From assembly GCA_964016885.1 (NCBI GenBank), contig OZ024742.1:152644001-152708000 (forward strand): a DNA stretch of 64,000 nt, read 5' to 3'. The notes under the pieces are model-generated. The model worked only from the letters and a program-made list of their open reading frames with translations, searched no databases and had not been told where the DNA came from. The position numbers were made by a program, and so were the translations under genes. Source of the DNA: Eledone cirrhosa (taxonomy: Eukaryota). This document shows positions 56,553 through 64,000 of the stretch, in pieces (the stretch's first letter is position 1; each line of letters starts with the position of its first letter).

Positions 56553-58662
56553 ATACTTTGGGAGGGTCATGTTGCCAATAAGAAACACACGCACCAGATG
56601 CTTTCAATTCAATTTATTATAAATTAAATTTATAAATTTAGGAATTTATAAATTTCCGGTTGGTTGGTTGGTTCCACAACCAGACGATTGTTCATATATT
56701 GTCAAAATTCTTTCGTCACACATTATGTGACCTCTTCAGTTACGGGATTCTTTTCTTTGTTTTTGTGCCTCTCATTTGTTCTGTCCTACGCCATCTTGTT
56801 TTTGTGTGTGTTGTGTGCTTAGTTTGCGCATGTGTTACATCCGGGTGTCTGTGTGTGTTTATATTTGTTTAGTTATTTGTTTATTTAGATGTTACAGGTT
56901 GGTTGTTTGTTCTATGTGTGTGTGTGTTTTGATTTTGTCCTTAATTGTAGGTTGTGATATTGCTATTCCATTCATGCTTTCTATTTAATTTTGGTTGGAG
57001 TTCATTTATGTTTATTGCCTCTGTGATTTGTCTAAAAATTGCGTGTTTTCTGTGTGTAGATTCTATTTTTATTTCTATGTTCTCTAATTTACCCTTATGT
57101 TCTATTTTAGCATGTTGGTAGAGTACAGATGATTCTTTACTATCTTGAAGCTCTCGCCAGTGTTCATTTATCCGTTCTCCTATACTACGAGCTGTCTCAC
57201 CTATGTACACTATATTCTTATCTCTAGATTGTCCTTCAGTACATCTTATGCTATATACTACATTTCTAGTTTTACAGTTAATATGGGGGCTTAGTTTACA
57301 GATTATACATTTCTTATCTATACAGGGAGGTCTTTGAAAAGGGTATGTATTGCTAATAAGAGTTTTTATGGAGGTACCTGGTCTTTCTACTATCTTAATA
57401 TTGAGTTTATGTTTATCTAGGGCCCTTCTGAATTTGTATGCTAATTCACCTCTAGGGGTTGTATTGATGAACATTACACTCTGGTATTTATTGCTGTCAT
57501 ACCATGAGTTTATTCTATTAACCTTATTCCTAGTTCTTTCTATTCTATTCCAAAATTTGCTCCTATACAAGGGGCAGGTCCCATTTGTATCATTATTTAT
57601 CATTTTCTACCATTTGGTTCTGGCTCCTCTATATACTCTGATCTTATCTCTCTGATTGTAAATAGAGAACTGCATACGGTGGATGAAGTGTTGTATGTGT
57701 CTCTCTAGTTCTTTGGGATTGCACATGCGGGACACGTTTCTCATCACCCGTACAAAATCCGCAATCAGTATGTTGATTTTGGTGTCGTCCGAAACAGCTG
57801 AGTTTCGGTGGATCAGATATTTGGAAGTCATGGGTTTGGCATAAAGGGAATGGAGGATCTGTTTTTTGTTATTGATAGTATCTAACCAGAGCTCTGTGTC
57901 TAGTACAGGTAATATATTGTTGGGGTGTTTGCTTGGGTAGTCTATAGTAACTCTAAAACTCTGGTGAATAGAGATAGCTATTTGCTGAATGCTTTCCATG
58001 GTGTTTTTCTCTAATTCCTGACTGTTCTATAGTGGGGGTGTGTTTACTACGATGTTTATATCATCAACGTAGCGGGAGTACATTATCAGGGTTAAGAGGT
58101 TGCTGTCTTCTATTTGTTCTTTAAGTGTAAGTTTAAGTCTATTGTCCCACCATACCATGAATAGGTTAGCTATGTCACCTGCAATGCCAACTCCAATGGC
58201 TGCTCCCTCCTCTTGGGCATATGTTTTTCCATTAAATTTGAACATATGTTCCTTAAGGGTTAATTTTATACTGGCTCCCACCGCCTGTGCAATCATTTTC
58301 TTTAGTTCATCGTGCTTTTCGGGGGTCCGTATGGCTCTGGTCCACCAGTTCCATCCATGTGTGTGATTTTCTTGGCCATTGAGTTAATGGTAGGTGGTCT
58401 GCTTCTTGCTGGTCTTGTAAGGCACTGGTTGCTAAGGTCATATGTATCTAGATAATTATTACTATAAGTAATTTTAAGTAGGAGTCCTACCTCACTGGTA
58501 TCAATCCCACGGAATTCAACATTGCTCTCACTGATCATTTCTACGCATTTCTCCACAGCAAAATCCACGCCAATAGATGGTTATAGGGACACAACATCCA
58601 TACTGCCTATTATGCAATTTGTTAGGTCCCTAGATCGGTTACCTTTGCTGATTCTGCTGAGG
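56545..58662 (-). mobile_element. Penelope-like element, inverted 5'-truncated copy (frameshifted RT and GIY-YIG; 3' HHR at 56701-56743)
   Basis: ORFs 58302-58568, 58027-58296 (QEEGAAIG, RYVDDI), 57607-57999 and 56941-57603 (NVVYSIRC...YIGET..R..EH). Confidence 0.92.
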
Positions 58663-60070
58663 TTATTTTCTCTGTCAGTATTGATAGTCTCCCTTCTCCT
58701 TTCAATCCTATTACCTTCCCTTCTTTCTGTGTTACTGTCATCATCTGTTTTCTATGTCTGTGTGTTTGTTAAGATTGTGCTGGTGGTGAGAGGCATAGAA
58801 TGTGTGTGTGTTGTTGTTGATGTGTGCTGTTGTTTATGTGTGTTGTTGTTGTTGTCTCCGTGTATGTTATTATTGTTGTTTGTGTCAGCGTGTCTGTTGT
58901 TGTTGTTTCTGAGTATGTTACTATTGTTGATGTGTGAGTTGTTGTTATCGTTATTTGTGTCTGTGTGTCTGTTGTTGTTGGGATGTGTGTTATATGTGTC
59001 TGTGCGTATATTTTTACTTTTGTTTTTTGTTTTTGTTTTTGTTTTTGAGGCTCCAACGTAATTTTGTAAATCATTTTTCTATTTCTGACAAGCATTTTAT
59101 CATATTTACCTTATTATATGTGGCATATTTAGACTATCAATACTGACATATAAAATAACCAGGACGAACACACAGACACACAAAATAGAGTAGATAATAA
59201 CAATGAGCCAGAGGAAAGAGACAGGAGTAATAATGAGAGACATATAAACAACCATGAGGCTGTTGGTGGAAATAGAAATAGAAACAACACAGTTAACAAT
59301 AACAATAGCAATAGTACACATAAAGCAGCAGCCTGGAAATCTACATTTTATGATCCTTCCGATAAGTCTTTCGACCTGCGACGAGTACACGCCACAACTT
59401 TAGCTTTTAACAAACGCACGCAATTGCCGTCGCAGGTCGATGAACAAACAAAAGCACAATTTAGTATAGCTAGATCTAAACTTAGAAACATTATAGAACA
59501 CTATAGTAAGAAGCAAAATAGAATCGAGGCCCAGCAACTGAGAGAAAAATCTGCAAATGGCTTGCGAAGGTCATGCAGCGCTCGCGTAATGGAGAGATTG
59601 CATGCTTTCCAACATACAAGTCTGGCAGAATGTCGGTTAACAATTTGTCAAACTACATCCAGGCAATGCAACCCGATATCACTAACACAAGAGAAGTAAC
59701 ACCACAAGAGCATTAGGATAGGGAAAAAAACCCTCAATCCCCATATGATGATATGGAAAAACATAATGCAGCCCAACGAAAGGACTTCCAACAACTTCCA
59801 GGCCTGGAACAATGAGGTGCCAGCGTTGTATGGGCTTCGAAAAGACCATAAAACGAACAGTGACCCTGTCACAGGACCACCGACACGGCCAGCCAGTCTG
59901 TGGAGCTAACATTGCTAGTAACTACAGACTTTCCTACTTCCTCTCCCTGATCATACGCCCCATCGTTTAAATGTCCCAAGATATATGTGACAGCACGGAG
60001 GAACTCCTCAGCAGAATCAGCGAAGGTAACCGATCTAGGGACCTAACAAACTGCATAATAGGCAGTATGG

Positions 60071-61687
60071 ATGTTGTGTCCCTATATCCATCTATTGATC
60101 AGTGAGAGCAATATTGAATTCCGTGGGATTGATACCAGTGAGGTGGGACACCTACTTAAACTTACTTATAGTAATAATTGTCTAGATACATATGACCTTA
60201 GCAACCTGTGCCCTACAGGACCAGCAAGAGGCAGACCACCTACCATTACCTCAATGGCCAAGAAAACCCACACAGATAGTTGGATCGGGTGGACCAGAGC
60301 CATACAGACCCCTGAAAACCACGATGAACTAAAGAAAATGATTGCACATGCGGTGGGAGCCAGTATAAAATTAACCCTTAAGGAACATATGTTCAAATTT
60401 AATGGAAAAACATATGCCCAAGAGGAGGGAGCAGCCATTGGTGTTAGCATTGCAGGTGACATAGCTAACCTATTCATGGTATGGTGGGACAATAGACTTA
60501 AACTTAAACTTAAAGAACAATTAGAAGACCTCTTAACCCTGATAATGAACTCCTGCTACGTTGATGATATAAACATCGTAGTAAAAACACCCCCACTCGA
60601 GAACAGTCAGGAATTAGAGAAAAACACCATGGAAAGAATCCATCAAATAGCTTACTCCATCCACCAGAGTATTAAAGTTACTATAGACTACCCAAGCAAA
60701 CACCCCAACCATCTATTACCTGTACTAGACACAGAGCTCTGGTTAGATACTATCAATAACAAAAAACAGATCCTCCATTCCCATTATGCCAAACCCATGA
60801 TTTCCAAATATCTGATCCCCCGAAACTCAGCTGTTTCGGACGACACCAAAATCAACATACTGATTGCGGATTTGGTACGGGTGATGAGAAACGTGTCCCG
60901 CATGTGCAACCCCAAAGAACTAGAGAGATACATACAACACTTCATCCAACGTATGCAGTTCTCTATTTACAATCAGAGAGATAAGATCAGAGTATATAGA
61001 GGAGCCAGAACCAAATGGGAAAAAATGGTAAATAATGATACAAATGGGACCTGCCACTTGTATAGGATCAACTTTTGGAATAGAATAGAAAGAACTACGA
61101 ATAAGTTTAATAGAATAAAATCCTGGTATGATAGCAATAAATACCAGAGTGTAATGTTCATCAATAGAACCCATAGAGGTGAATTAGCTTACAAATTCAG
61201 AAGGGCCCTAGATAAACATAAATTCAATATTAAGATAGTAGAAAGACCAGGTACCTCCATAAAAACACTTATTAGCAATACATACCCGTTTCAAAGACCT
61301 CCCTGTATAGATAAGAAATGTATAATCTGTAAACTAAGCCCCCATATTAACTGTAAAACTAGAAATGTAGTATATAGCATAAGATGTACTGAAGGACAAT
61401 GTATAGATAAGAACATAGTGTACAAAAGTGTGACAGCTCGTAGTATAGGAGAACGGATAGATCAACACTGGCGAGAGCTTCAAGATAGTAAAGAATCATC
61501 TGAACTCTACCAACATGCTAAAATAGAACATAAGGGTAAATTAAAGAACATAGAAATAAAAATAGAATCTACACACAGTAAACACGCAATGTTTAGACAA
61601 ATCACAGAGTCAATAAACATAAATGAACTCCAACCAAAATTAAATAGAAAGCATGAATGGAATAGCAACATCACAACTTACAATTAA
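60071..61687 (+). CDS. PLE reverse transcriptase (C-terminal part) plus GIY-YIG endonuclease; probably defective
   Basis: 538-aa ORF with QEEGAAIG, YVDD, LPVLD, CIDKKCIIC...CKTRNVVY and E..NI...LNRKHE. YIGE is mutated to YKSV and the N-terminal RT is out of frame. Confidence 0.85.
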   Translation: MLCPYIHLLISESNIEFRGIDTSEVGHLLKLTYSNNCLDTYDLSNLCPTGPARGRPPTITSMAKKTHTDSWIGWTRAIQTPENHDELKKMIAHAVGASIKLTLKEHMFKFNGKTYAQEEGAAIGVSIAGDIANLFMVWWDNRLKLKLKEQLEDLLTLIMNSCYVDDINIVVKTPPLENSQELEKNTMERIHQIAYSIHQSIKVTIDYPSKHPNHLLPVLDTELWLDTINNKKQILHSHYAKPMISKYLIPRNSAVSDDTKINILIADLVRVMRNVSRMCNPKELERYIQHFIQRMQFSIYNQRDKIRVYRGARTKWEKMVNNDTNGTCHLYRINFWNRIERTTNKFNRIKSWYDSNKYQSVMFINRTHRGELAYKFRRALDKHKFNIKIVERPGTSIKTLISNTYPFQRPPCIDKKCIICKLSPHINCKTRNVVYSIRCTEGQCIDKNIVYKSVTARSIGERIDQHWRELQDSKESSELYQHAKIEHKGKLKNIEIKIESTHSKHAMFRQITESININELQPKLNRKHEWNSNITTYN

Positions 61688-61888
61688 GGACAAAATGAAA
61701 ACAAACACACACATAGAACAAACAACCAACCAGTAACATGTAATAAAACAAATAAATAAACAATTATAAACACACACAGACACCCGGATGTAACACATGC
61801 GCAAACTAAGCACACAACACACACACAAAAACAAGATGGCGTAGGACAGAACAAAGGAGAGGCACAAAAACAAAGAAAAGAATCAACA

Positions 61889-61930
61889 GTCACTGAAGAG
61901 GGACACAATGTGTGACGAAATAACTTTGAC
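61889..61930 (+). ncRNA. Minimal hammerhead ribozyme in the PLE 3' region
   Basis: gtca-CTGAAGA-g-ggacacaatgtgtgac-GAAA-taac-TT-tgac; the sister copy at 56701-56743 has a perfect gtcaca/tgtgac stem II. Confidence 0.8.
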
Positions 61931-62137
61931 AATATATGAACAATCGTCTGGTTGTGGAACCAACCAACCGGAAATTTATGAATTCCTAAATTTATAAATT
62001 TAATTTATAATAAATTGAATTGAAAGCAACTGGTGCGTGTGTTTCTTATTGGCAGCATGACCCTCCCAAAGTATAACAATATCGGTTTCACCACACGTTT
62101 TCAGATAGAAAATCTTGCTAACAAATTCAGAAACGAA

Positions 62138-62223
<86 letters not shown>

Positions 62224-62325
62224 AATACTATTTATAGTTATGTATATTATATAAACAACTATAAACAGGAGGTCAATAATTTCTTATTGCCGTATTAGCA
62301 GTAAGAGAACTAGCTCAATGTATGA

Positions 62326-62829
62326 CAATCAGTTGTTTTACAGAGCAGGAAAATAAACCAGAATTCTTCACAACATAGGAACCGGCAAGCTAACACCCAG
62401 AATAAATGTAACTGTAGAACTAATAGAACTTGCCCCTTAGGTAATAATTGCTTAACCAAAGACATCATCTACTCATGCACCGTCAACGTAAACAACTCTT
62501 CTAAAACATATATAGGTTCTACTTCGACCAACTTCAAGATGAGATACAACTCGCACCTCAACTCTTTCAAAAAACACAATCTAGCCAGCTCCACTTCCTT
62601 ATCTAGCTACGTAGACTCTCTGAAAACTAGGAATATACCTTTTACACTGCAATGGGAAGTATTAGGTAGGGCCTCATCGTATAAACTACCGAATAAATTG
62701 TGTAATCTCTGCCTTCTGGAGACACATACTATAATCTTTTCGAAATTAGACATCCTTAATAGAAAGTCAGAGACATTTTCTAAATTACACAACAAAATAA
62801 TAATAAACTATATATACATTTATAATTAA
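62326..62829 (+). pseudogene. GIY-YIG endonuclease fragment of a different PLE clade (Naiad-like)
   Basis: The open frame extends upstream of the listed ORF: CNCRTNRTCPLGNNC..DIIY...YIGST..FKMRY..H..SF...STSLSSY...W...CNLCLLE...LNRKSE. Confidence 0.8.
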
Positions 62830-63906
62830 ATATAAAATGTAATAGCATTGTATATTAGGGATTAACTTTCAAAACAATAATGTATATTATTACACATATG
62901 GCATATCTATTATGACATATTAACAGCTATATAATCCTTCATAACATATACCTTGTCCAGTAATGAATAGATAACAGTCTAAAGAGAACTTTAATGTATG
63001 ATATTAAAATACACTGTATTTAAAATCAGGTATAAATATACAGCGTTATGTAACAATGATCCAATGGTATCACATTATAATGTGTATTAGAACAAAGAAT
63101 GTTAATAACTGAATTGAACTTAATTAGCTAGTTACCTCCCCTTACGCATTAGCTCCACGTATGCACTTCCGGAAATTAACGATTGGAAAATTTAACGGTT
63201 GATCAAATATAGTCTATGAATATGATTTCATTAAGACTAATTTACAATCCATTGCTCTAATTATCTTAAAACATTCCATATAAACATTAACTAAAATTTA
63301 ATTCAACATATGTAAAGGAAAAGTCTGCAAAAACTGTATGTTTCTCAACACACATAAATTCGAACACTATCAGCATTCAGCAACCACCATAGATTCTAAT
63401 ACATTAACATATGTGCTTAAAGTGCATTATTTATTCATATGCATAATAGCTTTGCTTGTCTCCTTCTCATAATATGACTAACGCAGTTGCACTCTCCACA
63501 CGCCTGCCTATGAATTGTTAATGTACTCTTTCTTTCTCAAAACTTCTTTCTCAATGCCTCTTTAATGATTGGACTATTCTCTTGTTTTATCTGTTCCATG
63601 AAATCCACTCCGTGCTTTTGATTTTAATTTAATTTGAATTTGAATTTAAACTTGAATGTTTGTACAATTATTGTACAATTCTCGTAAAATATATGTCACA
63701 TCCATTCCACCCAGTAAATACGAAACTTTTGCTCACAACATCAATTTATATGTATCTATATTATTGTTCAGTTGAATAGGAGGTTAATTGAATAGGAGGT
63801 TAATAATGTGCAAACATTGATAATGCTCCGATGATTCCAAACGAGGTTTTGGAAGATACGATTGTCAGCTATTAAATGATTTGAACACAACTTTGATAAT
63901 TGTATA

Positions 63907-63978
<72 letters not shown>

Positions 63979-64000
63979 GGGAACAAATTATGAATTCGAA

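Larger units (their letters stand above)
59380..62082 (+). mobile_element. Penelope-like element (RT, Cys-rich linker, GIY-YIG, 3' HHR region)
   Basis: Upstream broken frames give TYKSG, PALYGLRKDHK, PPTRP and GSMDVVSLYPSI; downstream ORF 60071-61687; 3' end catgaccctcccaaagtataacaatat. Confidence 0.93.

Noticed and set aside
62057-62082. PLE 3' end (ccaaagtataacaatat) resembles the SINE tail (ccaaaagtagaaacaattat), hinting at a PLE-mobilised SINE
   Set aside because: Short AT-rich match only, and the SINE copies have 13-20-bp TSDs typical of APE-LINE mobilisation.
62072-62110. Minus-strand CTGAAAA...GAAACCGATA next to the PLE end
   Set aside because: C3-A8 mismatch with weak stems I and II.

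Overview
AT-rich, microsatellite-dense animal non-coding DNA. The tRNA-derived SINEs resemble octopod cephalopod repeats as I recall them (not database-checked). I found no host protein-coding gene that I can support, and most listed ORFs are microsatellite artefacts. The window is a mosaic of Penelope-like retroelements (PLEs: RT + GIY-YIG), fragments of R4/Dong-like, RTE and Tx1-like LINEs, SINEs, a deleted mariner and a non-autonomous Helitron. The main hidden signal is about 23 hammerhead-ribozyme (HHR) motifs from roughly eight unrelated sequence families, identified by eye. The best candidate new system is a non-coding, highly self-complementary 420-435 bp unit carrying one minimal HHR. 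It occurs as tandem arrays (34104-36302, 51411-52272) of almost exactly 2-3 units, each run starting at a different point of the unit, and one run is fused to the 3' terminus of the PLE family also found at 56545-62082. This fits a circular-RNA retrozyme-like parasite copied by a PLE reverse transcriptase. Other highlights are a recurring head-to-head palindromic insertion layout (0.1-5.5 kb), an extended HHR family with A instead of U at core position 4, and a U3-A8 covariant HHR. All folds are manual; ribozyme activity and circular RNAs are inferred, not shown.
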